Origin: Hemiscyllium ocellatum
Lineage: Eukaryota
Length of the DNA stretch: 64,000 bases
Assembly (NCBI RefSeq): GCF_020745735.1
Contig: NC_083427.1
Coordinates: forward strand, 1,209,438 to 1,273,437
Direction: 5' to 3'
Made by a program: the position numbers and the translations under genes. Under the pieces are notes generated by a model. The model made no database searches and had not been told where the DNA came from. It saw only the letters and a program-made list of their open reading frames with translations. Numbering within the stretch: the stretch's first letter is position 1; each line of letters opens with the position of its first letter. Of the stretch, positions 36,234 through 50,901 are shown in pieces.

Positions 36234-36559
36234 GGGTGGCACGGTGATTCCATGGTTAGCACTGCTGCCTTACAGCACCAGGGACCTGGGTTTGCTTCAC
36301 CCCTCGGTCAACTGTCTGTGTGGTGTTTGCAGATTCTCCCTGTGTCTGCGTGGCTTTCCTTTGTGTGCTCTGGTTTCCTCCCACAATCCAAAGGTGTGCA
36401 GGTCAGGTGAATTGGTCATGCTACATTGCCCGCAGTGTGAGGTGCATTAGTTAGGGTTAAATGTAGGGGGTGTGTTTGGGTGGGTTACTGATCAGAGAGG
36501 CGGTGAGGGCATGTTGGATCGTAGGGCCTGTTTGCACACCACACAGAATTTAATCTAAT
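36234..36559 (+). mobile_element. V-SINE (HE1-like)
   Basis: gggtggcacggtgattccatggttagcactgctgcc..., V-domain, taatctaat tail. Confidence 0.85.
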
Positions 36560-37829
36560 TTGGAAGACATTCTTGTTGTCCTATAATATTAATCTCTTCT
36601 GTATCCCACTTTTCTACTGTCTGATTGATGGCAGTTAATGGCAGTTACGTCAAAAACAATAAAAGATTTTCCATGTTTTTAATATGTCTGCTGATCCAAT
36701 CATTGTCACAATCGTTGAGTTTCACGCTCATCTCGTGGGGGACAAGAGATCTTTGTTTAATCTCTACTGCTAATACTTCGTATGCACGATGTCAAAATGG
36801 AAGCTCTGGCACAGGTTAATGGATTGATTGGCAAGCTGCAGTCCAGGAGGATCGTCCAGAAAGCTCAGCGCTGTGAGTGGAGAGGATAGCAAATCTTTGC
36901 ATAAAAACTCACAGCGACAACCGTTATTGCAAGTGTCAGACTTTGCATGGGATTTTGTTGGTTAAAAGTCTCCAATACAAGGTTTGATTTTTAGAATGCA
37001 AAGAAGGAATGCAAAGAGTAAACTTATTACAGATGAGATAATCTGTTAACTCAGAGAAGTGCACACCTGTAATTATGTCAGAGAACGCACACTCACTAAC
37101 CAAATTTGCGCAATACATGCCTGACCTGCCCACGAGTACGCAAAGGTGTCTGAGAATTATTGTGGCAGCAGTTCACACTCTGTCCAATGGAACGTTAAAA
37201 CGTTTATTCTCATGGTAACACGATGATTTTGGCGAACATTTTTTTCTGAGATGTATTATCTGTCCATCCCAGATGTTGTCTTCATAAGTAGACAAGAGAT
37301 GGCTTGATGAAATGTTGTACCTGCACATGCTGGAGCATCCCTCTGTGATTGGGGGAAAGGCTGCTGTTGAATAAGTGTGCATATATCTTTCCTGGTGGCT
37401 TGTTTAGAAAGGGAGAGATTTGGTAGCATAGGATGTGTCACCTATGTACACAGACAATATTTTTCTGAGTGGGAGAAGCACAGAACATACATAAAATTTC
37501 TGATCTACGTTACATGATCCGAACTCTACTGTTCTAACACAATAAGTACATATTTTTTTCGCTATGATGGACATCGTGTCAATCAGTATCAGGATGACAA
37601 AATTAACAGCTCTGTTTTCAAGAATGGTAAGTTGAAATTTTATTCCATCACCAAACCTGTGATCACTACTTTCATTTCGTCACTCCTATGCTGTATTCTG
37701 ATTTCAACGTGAAAAAAAATTATAACAACTACCAATCCCTTCTCGAAATCTTGAGGAAGTCCTTTAAGTATATTAAAGGAAAAATGACACCAAGAGAGAA
37801 TAGAACCCTTCGTGGACCAAAGTGGACAT

Positions 37830-39660
37830 GTATGTGCAGAACTGCAGGATATGACCGAGGTTCCCAATGATTATTTCTCCTCTGTGATCACCATGGAGGA
37901 AGACGTGAAGACTTAGAAACTTAGGGAAGATGGCATGATGGCTTGGGGACAGTCTCTATTGCAGTAGATAAGCTTTTGTGTATATTAGCATGCATGGAGA
38001 TAAATCTCCTGGTCCTGACCAGATATATCCAGAAATATTGCAAGGAGCTAGAGAAGAAATTTCAGTGAACCTGACTGATATTTTTGCGTCATTGGTAGCC
38101 ACAGGTGAAGACCGAGAAGGCTGGAGTATAGCGAATTTGGGCCTATTATTGAAGATGAACTGCAAAGAGATGGCTAAAAATAAGCTCAACATCTGAGTTG
38201 GGTTAGTTCCGAAAGAAGATTCGGAGAGATAAAATCGACATGCCATTGGAAATACCGGATTTGTCAGCATGGTTTTGCGACTGAGAGATCATGCCTCACA
38301 AATATTCTGGAGTTCTTTGATGAAGTGAACAGGAAGGTTGACAAAGGCAAGGCGGCATATGATGCGGCGCGGTGGCACAGTGGTTAGCACTGCTGCCTCG
38401 CAGCGCCAGAGACCCGCGTTCAATTCCCGACTCAGGCGACTGACTGTGTGGAGTTTGCACATTCTCCCTGTGGGTGGGTTTCCTCCCACCGTCCAAAGAT
38501 GTGCACGTCACATGAATTGGCCATGCTAAATTGCCCGCAGTGTTAAGTAAAGGGGTAAATGTAGGCAAATGGGTGGGTAGCGCTTTGGCCAAAAGGCCTG
38601 TTTCCACACTGTAAGTAATCTAATCTACATGAATTTCAATATCGCATTTGATACGTTTCCATATGTTAGGCTACTCTGGCAGATTAGATCGCACGGAAGC
38701 CTGTGAGTAGTGGAAAGCCTCAAGGCTCGGTACCTGGCCCATTGCTGTGCCTTATCTATATCCATGATTAATACGTTTGCTGATAACACTGAAATAGGTG
38801 TGGACAGAAGAAGGGTATCAAAAATTGCAGCACGACCTTGATCAGCTGGGAAGGTCGGCCGTGAAATGGAGTTTAATCTTGATAATTGCTATACTGCATT
38901 TCAGAAAGTCAAAAGAGGGAAGGAGATTCATGGTGAATGAGAGGGCCTTAAGGAGTGTAGTGGAACAGAGGGATCTTGGAGTTCAGTTTCACAGTTCTGT
39001 GAAAATGGAGTCACAGGTAGACCGGATAGTGAAGAGGGCTTTTGGCACACTGACATTCGTCAGTCAAAGCATTGAGTATAGAAGTCATGAAGTTATGTTG
39101 CAGAAATGCAGGATGTTGGCGAGGCCACACTTGTAGTATTGTGTTCAATTTTTAAAAACGTTTTGTAGGAACGAACGAGGTCAGAAGACATTTACAAGGA
39201 TGTTTCAATGACTCAAGAGTCTGAACGAGAGGAAGGGTTGGACAGGCGAGGCCTTTGCTTCTTTACAGCGAAGGAGATGCAGGGCGAATGTTATAGAGTT
39301 GCATATGATCATGGGAGGCATAGATAGGGTGAATGCACGCAGTCATTTCCTCAGCATTGGGGAATGGAGGACTAGAGAGCATCAGTTCAAGATTGGGGGG
39401 AAAGTATGAAATGGAATCAGATGGATAACCTTTTCTTTAACACACAGTGTTGGACGTTTATGGAATGAGCTGTACATGGAAGTGTTGAAGTCGGGTACAT
39501 TATGAATATTTGAAATGCATATGTTTAAATACATGGTTAGGAAAGGATTCGAAAGATGTGGACCAAGTGCAGAGAAATGGGGTAATTGTGGACGGAACCT
39601 TTGCTCGGCATGGGACAGTTTGGACCAAAGGGCTGTAGGACTTTATGACTCTCAGTGCAG
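37830..39660 (+). mobile_element. CR1-type LINE fragment interrupted by a SINE
   Basis: DKSPGPDQIYPEIL, QHGF/RSCLTNILEFFDEV, EQRDLGVQF motifs; 3' tail ctttatgactctcag. Confidence 0.88.
38364..38626 (+). mobile_element. V-SINE nested inside a CR1 reverse-transcriptase fragment
   Basis: A/B boxes, V-domain with an internal deletion, aatctaatct tail; flanks read VDKGKA..|..IYMNFNIAFD, i.e. the CR1 RT motif is split. Confidence 0.9.
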
Positions 39661-39719
39661 TATGACCCAGAAGTCTACGAGTTTGAAGAAGACATATTGG
39701 CAAGGGTTAATGAGGATAC

Positions 39720-41370
39720 CGAATGAGCATTTATTTTTCGTCATTGGTTGCTCTTTAGAATGTGGTGGTGAACATCTTCTTTGAATTGTTGCAGTGCCTT
39801 TGGTGAAGATACACCACAATATCTTCCAGGAGCATGATCCAGGATTTTCCCTCAGTGACATCAGAGGAATTGTAATTGATTTGTCGGTGTCGATGGTGAC
39901 TGCTGTGGAAGGGAACTTGCACTTGGTGATGTGCAAGAGCAACTGAAGCCATTGTCATTCTCCATGGAAGTCGAAGTTACTGTTTAATGTTACTATTAAA
40001 ATTCGCACCTTGTTGAATTTCTGTCATGCGGTTTGCACATTGTTCTTAGAGAGTACCATGAAATAAATGGCAAATGATGGTGTATTTGCTGCCAATCAAA
40101 TGTCCTGTTTTATCGAGTGTTGTCAGAGTTAACTGACCAAGGCAAATCAAGAATCATCTGGAGGCCGTCGAGATTGGTCATGCACGAGGCACTTCATATA
40201 ATAACAGAATTCTGACGAATTAAAAAAAGGCTATTCGGCACAACATGTCTGCACACACTGCACACAGTTCCACTGTCTGCCACATTGTTGCAATCAGGCA
40301 ATGGAGCTTTTGCCAAAACCAACTCCGAGCATGCAGTTCAGTGGACACTGTTGGACACATCGTGATATTGTCAATGCAATTATCCTGCACGTCTTTGGAC
40401 TGTTGGGGGAATCTACAGACACAAAGATAATAAGCAATCTCTACACAGACAGTCGCCAGAATCGATCCCAGTTAGTTTTCCCTGAACTGAATTTCATTGA
40501 ATTGAACTGAATTAGCATTACTATCACATGTTCTGGACAGAGAACAATTGTTTGCAAGTCACCACATAATAGGTATAAGTCTTAGGTAAAAGTCACCAAG
40601 ATACAGAAATTTACGTATTGGTTACTAAATAGAAAGAAAGGTCTGTCGTATGAATAAGTAGGAAAGTGAAATCATTCTTGTGCTGCTCCTCGCCTTCTTT
40701 CATGCATATTTCATTGAACCAGTGTGCATTGAACAATTTGCTGTTGTTGCAAATTGGCTCTGCCGAGCTATGAGGTTGTAAGTTTGTTGGAGAAAAGTTC
40801 TCTGTTGATACTTCTATGTTCCACTGCACTGATGCCCCGTTTTGTTTTTCTAGATCTGTTCCGAGTCCATCTCGTTTAGCATGACAACTGTACACAATAC
40901 AATGCAATTATTCTCATTGTGACAATGATTTGTGCTATGATAACATGCCTGTGCACTGGCCTGTCTTACCAATAATGTCATGGCGAGGTCCATTTGCAGC
41001 AGACAACTTCGTGAGGACGAGGTCAATTATATTTTTCCTTCTTACTGGTCACCCCATTGCGTGCCACCCCAGCTCTCTTTTCAATTCGTGCTCAGCATGG
41101 AGGAGTACTGATTTAATTGGTTGATGAGGATCCCTTGCAAAATGTTGACCTGATGCCGTGAGACTTCATGAACTCCAGAGTCAATGTTCTGTACTGTGAG
41201 ATAAACTCATACTTGACTGAGTTCCTGCATCACAAACTCTGCTGGATATGCCCGAAAAATAGGAAATAAATAGCTGACAGAAGATGATGGAGGTGTTTGA
41301 GATATTTGAGTAGTGCATGCGGCAATGTCAGGCTCATTTCTGACTCCCCTGTGAAACAGTTTCTTCAATC
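39720..41370 (-). mobile_element. Fragments of a second CR1/L2-group LINE family
   Basis: Minus-strand 3' end (ggtggtgaacatcttctttgaattgttgcag...) at 39720-40170 and further pieces at 40800-41370, same family as 53.1-54.8 kb. Confidence 0.55.
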
Positions 41371-42074
41371 TGGATCTAACCGTCAGATACAACGCCATGC
41401 AGATTCCACAGGGATGGATTTTCTGTTATGCTTTTATGCCTTATTTGATACAACGTATCTGTCTGGGATCAGTTGAGAACACACTGAAAATTTTGTGAAA
41501 CCATTTCGAACTGCAGTTAAAAGTCGCTCACATACCTCAGGGCAATCATAAAGGGACACTAAATACTATATTTCCTTTGCGCCCACACTCCTGAACATAT
41601 TAAATGAAAACATTGTCTTCCATCCTAATATCCCTTATTTCGGTACAATTTATAGATCGCCAAAATGCGTCGAGGAGAAAGACAGCTGAAAGTAATTAAA
41701 GTTTGGTCTTTTTTCAAAGTAAAACATAACAAAGAACATCGAAAACAATTCGGGTAACTTCCAATGAAAAGGGGAAGAAAACCAGGAATTTGCTTTAAAT
41801 AACTTAAATCTCTCTAAAAGAAAAACTAGCTATCTTAAATCCAAGAATGATCTTTTCTTATATATAATGGATACACTAAACTTAAATGTAGATTACATTT
41901 GGGGTTAAATTGTTGTGTTCAATGTTGATACATGCTGTTTCAGAAAGAATCAGTCTATACAAGCGTTTCATAAATCTTGGGGACAGATGCATGATACTGA
42001 AATCGGATGTTAGACATCTTGTCAAAATGCTCCTGTAAAATTCCGTGGAAGGCAACGAGCATTTGGTCATGATA

Positions 42075-42399
42075 TGATTAGATTCTCTACAGTATGGACA
42101 CAGGCTCTTTGGCCCAACAAGCCCACACTGACTCTTTGAAGTGTAACCCACTGCAGACTCATTCCCCTACTTTTACCCCTGACTAAAACTCCAAACACGA
42201 TTGGCAAATTAGCATGGCCAATTCTTCTGATCTGCACATCGTTGGACTGTGGGAGGTACCCAGAGTACCGGGAAGAAACCCACGTAGACACGCGGAGCAC
42301 ATGCAAACTACACTCAGGCAGTCGCCTAAAGCTGGAATCGAACCCAGGTGCCTGGCACTGTGAGATCGCAGTGCTAACCACTGAAGCACCATGCTGCCC
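42075..42399 (-). mobile_element. V-SINE (HE1-like)
   Basis: Reverse complement has A box, B box GGTTCGATTCC, V-domain and tail remnant. Confidence 0.88.
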
Positions 42400-43959
42400 A
42401 AACTACTGAGCCAGCGTGCTGCTCATTAATATGTACTCAAGTCAAGAACAGTTAACCTGTAAACATTTCCCATTTCATGACAAGTTTTCATATTATTAAG
42501 TTGTGATTTTTGATATTCAGTGTGATCAAGACAGTCTTTCCCTATTTCCGATTGGCTTCTCGTTCTACGTGACATCACTCGTCTAAACATTTACTTCCAG
42601 CTTATGTGGGAACGTGCATCATTGAAGCCAATAAACCAGTGACACGACTATCAGCAACTGCGCTTTGTAAAGATAGAATCTCAGAAAAGCGATTAGAACT
42701 GCTTGCTTAACTTCTTTTCTTAACATGGACATTCAATTCTCCTTCTTTAAGTTTACTGTTAAATGCAAGAAACCAAAGAACTGATGAAATTCCATAAATT
42801 AAAATAAACTCAGTACAAATGATGATCTGTTCACATGATTAGGCCTGATATTGCAAGAGTGGCAGGGTTTCTGATCCAAGCCTTTAACATTGATCAAGAC
42901 ATTTACAAGTAAATAAACATGAAAAGCGTTCCTACCACAGCCTTTAAATCATAATTAAGAAGCTCAGAATGTCAAACAGCACATTAATCTTGAATTCCTC
43001 ACTGAAACAAGATCCAGACATTCCACGTGGAACAACAAAAAAAATAGAATTAAGCCAAATAATTAAATAATAGAACAATCCAAAACAAAATTAAAAGGTG
43101 GAAGTAAACACTCCTTCGCATCACCACAGTGTCCGTGTTCAAGGTATTCTGTACATGGAAGAAATGAGCGACGATGAAGGTTGTTGACAATTACATCAAT
43201 GACTCAGAAAAAGAAATCTTCAATAAAGCTTTATAAGGCTACACATTGAGAAGAAAGTTAACTTTGTGTATTTTCCCTTCCAAATGTATTGCCAGTCTCA
43301 AGACCTTGCCAAATGGGTAAACCCAGAAATAGATTCAGGATTGCCATACCTGGCCGGGAGTGAAAATGCCAAAACTGGAGAAATCTTTCAAACCATGTTT
43401 TAGCATTATGCGGGGATATATTCCGGGAAGCTATCAGGAACATCAAATAAAACATTCTGAGGCCCTTGGACAAATATATTGAATGAGCCATTGACTTTTA
43501 CAAGAAACACGAGGTAACGAAGAACTTACATTGCCACCTGCATAATGTATTTACTTGCAGATAAAATATGAAATTCTATCCTTCATATCAATTGGATGCA
43601 ATCCTTGGAAATTGCTATCTATCAGAGTTACAATGTGACTTGATGTATACCGGAATGTTAGAAGCGATATTGTTTTAAAAGGGTTGAATTCCAGGACAGT
43701 GAAAAATCCTTGTGTCACCTCTGCCATGAAAGAAATGAATGTTTGCTTTGTATCTTAAAACTTGTACTCTCTCTTATTTACAATATAGCTTCGTAAGATT
43801 TGCAGGTAAGGCTATTGTTGGAGTGATATTTACTTGAACAATAGCAAACAATCAGAACGTCTGCCATCTTGCTCAGCCTATAAAATTCATTTGCATCCAA
43901 CGATAGAATTCAAGTGCACCTTCACTTTGAACGTTGCTCCTGTTTTATTTTGTAAACAA

Positions 43960-44500
43960 AATTATTTGTCGATCAACGCAACGGTGAAATTTGTCAACAT
44001 AATGTGCTGGACTATAACAAATAAGGCTCAGAAAAGGTTGACAAGGATGTATCCAATTTTGGAGGATTTGACTGAATAGGCTGTGGCTGCTTTCCATGGA
44101 GCGTCAGGGGCGAAGCTGCATAAACTCATCATAGAGGTTTATAATATCATGGGAGCGTGCATAATAATAGGACACAAATATTTCCCCTAGCGTGGGGAAT
44201 CCAGAACTAGAGTGCATACGTTTATGGTGAGATGGGAAATCTTTAATAGGGATCTCAGGGGAACGTTTTGATGCTTGCTTTGTCAGAGGGTGATCCTTGT
44301 ATGGAAGAATCTGCTGGAGGAAGTGGTGGAGACTGGTACAATTGGTACCATTTTAAAGGCACCTGGATGGATATTTGAATAGGAAGGGTTTAGAGGGATA
44401 TGAGCCAAGTGCTGGCAAGTGAGACTAGATTAGTTCAGGATATCTGTTTGGCATGGACAAGTTGAAATGAAGGATTTATTTCCCGTGCTGTACGGCTCCA
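43960..44500 (+). mobile_element. CR1-type LINE 3' fragment
   Basis: QKRLTRMYPILE motif and 3' UTR ending ...cccgtgctgtacggctccatgactcc. Confidence 0.75.
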
Positions 44501-44697
44501 TGACTCCAAATATTATTGAAGTTTTATTCCAGTTTTCTCGGAAGTTCCCGTCGCTTAATCGAACAAATACTTTCAGAATGTTTTTCCAGCTTTGTGTTTC
44601 CTTCAATGACTCAGTTTGTAAAATTCATCCTGAGTTATTGTAACCATTATGCCACAAATGAATAAATACATTTTGTGGTAAAATTCAGTCAGCCAGT

Positions 44698-44990
44698 GTG
44701 TGGCACGGTGGCACAGTGGTTAGCACTGCTGCCCCACAGCGCTTGAGACCCGGGTTCAATTCCCGACTCAGGCGACAGACTGTGTGGAGTTTGCACAGTT
44801 CTCCCCGTGTGTGCGTGGGTTTCCTCCGGGTGCTCCGGTTTCCTCCCACAATCCAAAGGTGGGCGGGTCAGGTGACTTGGCCATGCTAAATTGCCTGTAG
44901 TGTTAGGTAAGGGGTATGGGTAGGTTGCAGGTCGGTGTGGACTTGTTGGGCCGAAGGGCCTGTTTCCACACTGTAAGTAATCTAATCTAA
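44698..44990 (+). mobile_element. Young V-SINE (HE1-like) with intact Pol III boxes
   Basis: A box TGGCACAGTGG 44709-44719, B box GGTTCAATTCC 44753-44763, V-domain, gtaagtaatctaatctaa tail. Confidence 0.93.
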
Positions 44991-47900
44991 ATGGAATCTC
45001 TTTCAGTTTTATACGTGTGAAGAGCTGCTAATTGATTTTGTTGTTGAATTCGCTCTTGGGGTGTGCGTGACACTTGTATGGTCAATGGTAATGCACAATT
45101 AATTGCCTTTGAGAAATGCTAATGAGCTCAGTATTTGAACTTGTGAAATCTATATCTTGTTGCCGTACATGCTCGTGCTTCAGAACGGGACTTCAAGTCA
45201 TTGATTCAGTAAAAAGATGGAATGTGGAAAATAGTATTCCATATCAGTGTGGTCAGAGTCTTGCATGGGACCATTCGCATTAGTGTCCCTTGTGAGTTCT
45301 TCCGTTTCAGTTCCAGACTACACAGCTCATCGGATTGGGATTAAGGAACTTAATGTTTAAATCATCGTAAAATGGAGAGCCACAGAAAAGCACTGAGTTA
45401 GTGTCGTAGAATGTCATGCACAGCAAATCCACCCTTCAGTTCCAAATAATTAACTACAAACTGAGTACATAAAGCGATTGAATTGAATTGAATTGAATGC
45501 TTCATTTCAATGACTCGAGTGAATTCCACAAAAGAACTGCCAAGTTTCGAAATGAAAACCATTATGTATGAATCATTCTCTCAACAATTTGGGATTACGT
45601 TTGACCACAGATTTATCGAGCCTCATGATGACAACATAAAGCCAAAAGTTGTGGGTGCTGCAAGTCTGGAAGTCAGAGAAACTCAGAACACTCTCTGTGG
45701 AGAAGAAAGCCGTGTTAATGTGGCGAGTCCAGAGATCCATATTCAGCCATCAGCTTTTGGCTAAAAGAAGAGGTCAGGTCGAAAAATTCTATTATTGGTA
45801 AGTGAACACCTTGTTTCCAAAAGGCCAAGTAAAAGGGAGAAACTGATGATTCTACAAGTGACGTTATTAACCCAATAATGAATTGAGAAAATAACTGTTG
45901 ACACAAGTTTCATAGAAAATTAGATTAAATCATTCATGCAATAAAGCTTAAAAAATTTCGTGAGGCACATACTTGAAATGACCGGATGGAGTAACGGTGA
46001 AAAGATTATTTGGAATTGTTTATTATTTGACATGTCATATTTTTCCATAATGCTTTAAGGTACTGCTAATTGTCAGCATGCTACCATTTTAAAATAAATC
46101 TTTCACAGATTTATTTCATTCCTCCCGAAGTAATGTAAATGCAGCGTATTGTTAAAATAAAAACTGACATCAACAAAGAAATTGGAACTTCAGCATGTAG
46201 TGTCTGGTAATTTCAATTTAAAATTTAATGTGTAAAACTTACCGAAAAGGAAGCTGATTGATTCTTCTCTCATGTTACAATACAAACTTCGTTGGGTCCT
46301 ACTCTGGAAAGCGAAATTTACTTCTTACATGTCTGGAGCATTTCAGAGAAAATGTGCTTCAGAGCTGTCGTTCTGTGAGCCCTTTCCTGTTAAAAATAAA
46401 TGTATGCTCACGTTACTAAAGGGGAATCACAAGAACTCTGAGCAGTTTGTCATGCTCAGAGCCAATTTAGTTACTTAAAAACAAACAACAAAATAACGTT
46501 ATGATGAAGTTTTCTGAAATTAATACAAAGGAGTCAAGAAACAATGAGTGAAATACACTGAAAGTATTATTGATGCAAGAATCAGAATGCATCACTTTGA
46601 CACTATTTCAATGGCGTGCCTTTTCTTATTCACATGAACTTGGAAAACTGTCAGAAAATTGCTAATGCATAATACTTCCGCTAGTTTCGAGGGCTGAATG
46701 CATGGTTTCAAGTAAAATAAATTCAGGTGTATTGCTTTCACTTTTAGCTGAGCATGATCGGAATCTTTCTCTCAGTATTCATTGAAGGAAAATAAGTCGT
46801 TATCGAGTGTAGAAAATTGATGTGTTGTGGTGTCACCAGAGTGTAGTTGGTGTTCTGTGATTAATTGATGCGTTCAGATTTGATCTGTGGAACAGTATCT
46901 TGTGTCATCAAGTGACTAACTTATGTACGTTAAGTAATATGAGCGCTTAGGAAATGCTGAAAGATATTCAAATGCTTTGGTCTGTTCTTCCATGATTTAA
47001 AATCATGTTTAACTTGAGTCTTGAATAAATTCAACAACTTCTACAGTGTATGATGTAAAGCTATATCGCAAATATCTAGCGAACTCAGTTGTTAGCAATC
47101 CCGTAATCAACTACCTTTTGAGAGAGGTAACATCAGAGTTTGAATGGTATACGTCGTGATAACACCTTCACTACTGAATGCCCTCGATATAATTCGAGAA
47201 TCACGGCCGCAAGATGAGACAGTTACTGCAAAATCTATTCGTAAGATATATCCGTTTAGATGGTTGAGATTAAATAGCTCCTCTTCGTTCTGTACTTTAC
47301 AGAAGATATGCCTTGTCTCTGGAAACTGTTTGCTGCACTTTAAGTCAAAGCACAGGGAATTACTTTTTCCTTAAACTTTTAGATAGCACCTCCAAAGACA
47401 ATGGAAGAACATTGACCAGAAATAATGCAACACTAGCGAAGTTGTCTATAGCAAACAAGTTACTTGCTCTGCATATCAGTCCATTTGACTCATTGCTCTC
47501 TCCATCTGTCATTTAGCATACTGTTCCTATCATGTGTAAACCGAACACTTGGCCAATAGATTCCACAGCCTACCGTCTGAAAGTATCCTACACTCTACCG
47601 TATACCTGCAAATCTGCATTTCTACTGTCTAATCCACATACACTTGCTTTGACAGTGGAAGAACCATTGCTCCTGCAGAAGACAGAAAAATGCACAAGCT
47701 CCATGCAAGCAGTCATCCAAAGTATGAATCGAACCTTCGTCTGTCGTGTTGTTTGGCAGGATTGCCATCCTCTGAGTTGCCGACTTACTAATTGAAAAAC
47801 AAAGTGGCCTTCGTCTCTTTGCACCTTTACTATATCTTCAACGTTTTTACCTATTATCTTAATCTTTCTCTGTTCCTTCATGTCGCTCAATGCTGAACAA

Positions 47901-50497
47901 CATGCTGTGCCTTCTAACTGGTTCACACATTATTTAATTGCAATAACATTGGTAAAGTGTAACGTTCTTTATTTCAAGACCAGGAATATGAGATCATCAC
48001 ATTTTTTTTCGGAAGAAAGAAATCCAGTTTCTGCTTCCAAATCTCACGATTTCCATTCTCAAAGTCATCATAGGTATGTGCCTCAGTCAGTATGTTCGCG
48101 GTATTCCGCATTTCGTAGCTTCAGACCCTCTCACAAACCATATCCCTCTCTCTCTCCTCCTGATACTTGTTTCTGTATCTCTTTACAATTTGCCTTCTTC
48201 ACCATTCTTCAGATTCACAACCGAAGAAAATATCGGATTAAAACGCTTGAGAAAAGTGAATTAAATTTCAACAGAAGATTACACAACCCCTGCCTACTCG
48301 CCAACCAAACACAATTTACGAATGTAAATGAATAAAACCATTGTTATATCACAACACTACCTCGCTCACATATCCCCAGGAAAGTGACACGGTTGGTTTT
48401 CGTGATGAAACGCTTAAAAAAAGGAAAGGATTGCCAATCTGATATTTTTCTCTACCAAAGAAATATTTCCCTCGACTCCATATTGTAAGTTACTCCCTAA
48501 TAGTCAGTATACCATCGTCATATAATTAATGTCTGCAAGTTAACATTTGTTTGCACTTCCATCTGTTTCCTGACCATATCCCTTTGTTAATCAGCCAGTC
48601 ACTAGTCACTAGCCTTCCCTTGACTGTTTCTGTAACTTTATGCAAGAACACATAAACCATAACTGATCATGCCTCAAGGCAGCCAGCCCAGCTCCTTCTG
48701 AATGCATGTAGATTTGTTTGCTTTATTAACTTGACGAACAAAGTTAAAAATCACTGAAGGTCATAGTCCAACAGGTTTATTTGGAAGCATTAGCCCTCCA
48801 AGTGCTCCTTCCTCTTCAGGTGGTTGCCGAGCATTTCCACAAGACACAGAAGTTACAGCAAAATATGTCAGTGGATTGCAGTTGAAATATGTTAAACCGA
48901 CTTAGATTACATCTTTCATGCTTTAGAATTGCTAGCTTTGTTTCGTTAATATGTAAATCCCAGAACCCCTTTTGAAGCCATATTCTCAAGCTGTTCTGAA
49001 AAATGTTGTCATCGCAGCACAGGCAATGAATTTAAGGCGTGAGGCAAAAGTTTTTCTATGCACTAATCTTGAGTCCGACTGGTTCTAATTGTCAAGTGGG
49101 ATTTGCAAAGTCTTACATGGATTGTCTGTTGGTTTTGCATTTCTTGAGCAAAATAAAATTCAGTTCTGCAAATAAAAATCACCTCATAAACGTACGTGTG
49201 CGTATGTCTGCAGAGCCATTGCAAGTGTGTGCATGTGAGTGTGTACGTGTGGATGTGAGAATATGTGAGAGAGTGTGTGCTTGCATGCGTAAGCTTGGTG
49301 AACTATGTGTCTAACTGTGAAGCGGTATGAGCCTGTGAGACGGCACGTGTGTGGGTGTGTGTGTGCGGAGTGTATGTCTGTGTGCATCTGAGAGAGAGTT
49401 GGTTGAAGAGAGAGAGTCTATGTTAGAGTGTGTGCATGTTTGAGTGTGGTGCGTAGTCTGGTGTGTGTGTGTGGTCGAGAGAGAGAGTGTGTGGTGCAGT
49501 GGGGTAACCTGTAGTGTGCCATGAACCCAAGGTGGCGACAGAGGCCACCCTCATGTGTTTCGGAATTGGCTATGTGTCTCTGCTCTGCTACTTTGCATTG
49601 TTGCATTTCCAGAATCCGACTTGGAGAATGGTCACCCTCAGGTCCGCGGCCGAATATCTTGGATCACTGAAGTTGTCCCCCACTGAGGGAAGACCTTTGC
49701 TTGGTGATTGTTCTGGGTGTCCATTCACCCGTTGCTGTGGTGTCTGCTCTACCTCGCTAATGTACCATGTCTGAGGATATCTTTGCCTGCAGTGTATGAG
49801 GTAGGCAACATTGGCCGAGTAATATAAATACTGCCACATACATATTGCCTTGTGTATGTCACCTTGCGTATTTGTAGTATGCTTGTTGATACTCTGACAC
49901 GTCTTGCAGCAGTTGCCGTCAGAGGGTTTTACAGTGATGTGGTCGATGATGCCCTGAAGGCTGGGCAGCTCACTGTGAACTGTTTAGGGTTTGGAATTTG
50001 CTTAAAGCCAAGAAGTGAAGGTGGGGGCAAGTTCTTGGCTAGTTTCTTAACTTCACGCCTTTAAACAACCACCAAACCTCGAACAGATCATTATTCGCAG
50101 CAAACTGCGCCACCTTCAGGCCAACGTTGGCCACAACACCATACAACCGTGTCACAGCAGCCGTCCGAGATGTTTGGCCTCGGACGTTCGGGTAACCATC
50201 CGCCAATCTGGACTTCTGAACAAGCAATAATTGACAATGACTGAGCAGAGGATGATGGCCAAGTTTGTTACGCAGAAGGATGGCCACAACCAGGATCTTG
50301 TGTTCATGTGACACTACAGATGACCTCACTGCACTACACTCTCTCCCTTTCACTCACACACACACACACGTACACACGCATGCACGCACGAAGACACACA
50401 CAGTCCTGCATACTCACACACTAACACAGACCCGCCATCACACACAAGTTCTCTCTCATTTGCACACACAGCCACATACCACACGTCAGTACCATGC

Positions 50498-50901
50498 TTC
50501 TTACGATTTTACAGCGACGACACAAAGACTGAACGGTCTGTCATTGGATTCTCTATATAACATTCGAATCATTGTACAGGCTGTGCCATGAAATGATTTT
50601 GTTCTTTTCTTTCTTATAAGTAATAATGACCATTTCCCATTAAGTGATGATTATTTCCTCTACAATCTTCGAATTAGTAAAATATTAGTAATAATGCTAT
50701 CTTTTGGTATCTATCTTGCGAGAAAAACAGATAGAACAGCACAGATCACATGGAGACACCTCTCTGGTGAATCCTCTCTGCGATTCCATTGCAGTTACAC
50801 ATATTGACAGTATCAGAAAGTATCCCAGTGTACATTGAAGTATGGTAGCATTGAATCTTCTTGCACAGAGTGCATTCAAAAGTTCAATGACAGTCAGTTG
50901 A
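50498..50901 (+). repeat. 404-bp insertion duplicated, in two pieces, at 55882-56147 and 57809-57947
   Basis: Direct sequence match of both halves; flanked by ACCATGC at 50491-50497 and 50902-50908. Confidence 0.9.

Noticed and set aside
44709-44719. CACAGTG heptamers in SINE A boxes (also at about 1095, 38376, 51545, 62045, 63893) as cryptic RSS
   Set aside because: No nonamer-like ACAAAAACC at 12 or 22/23 nt; the heptamer is simply part of the tRNA-derived A box.
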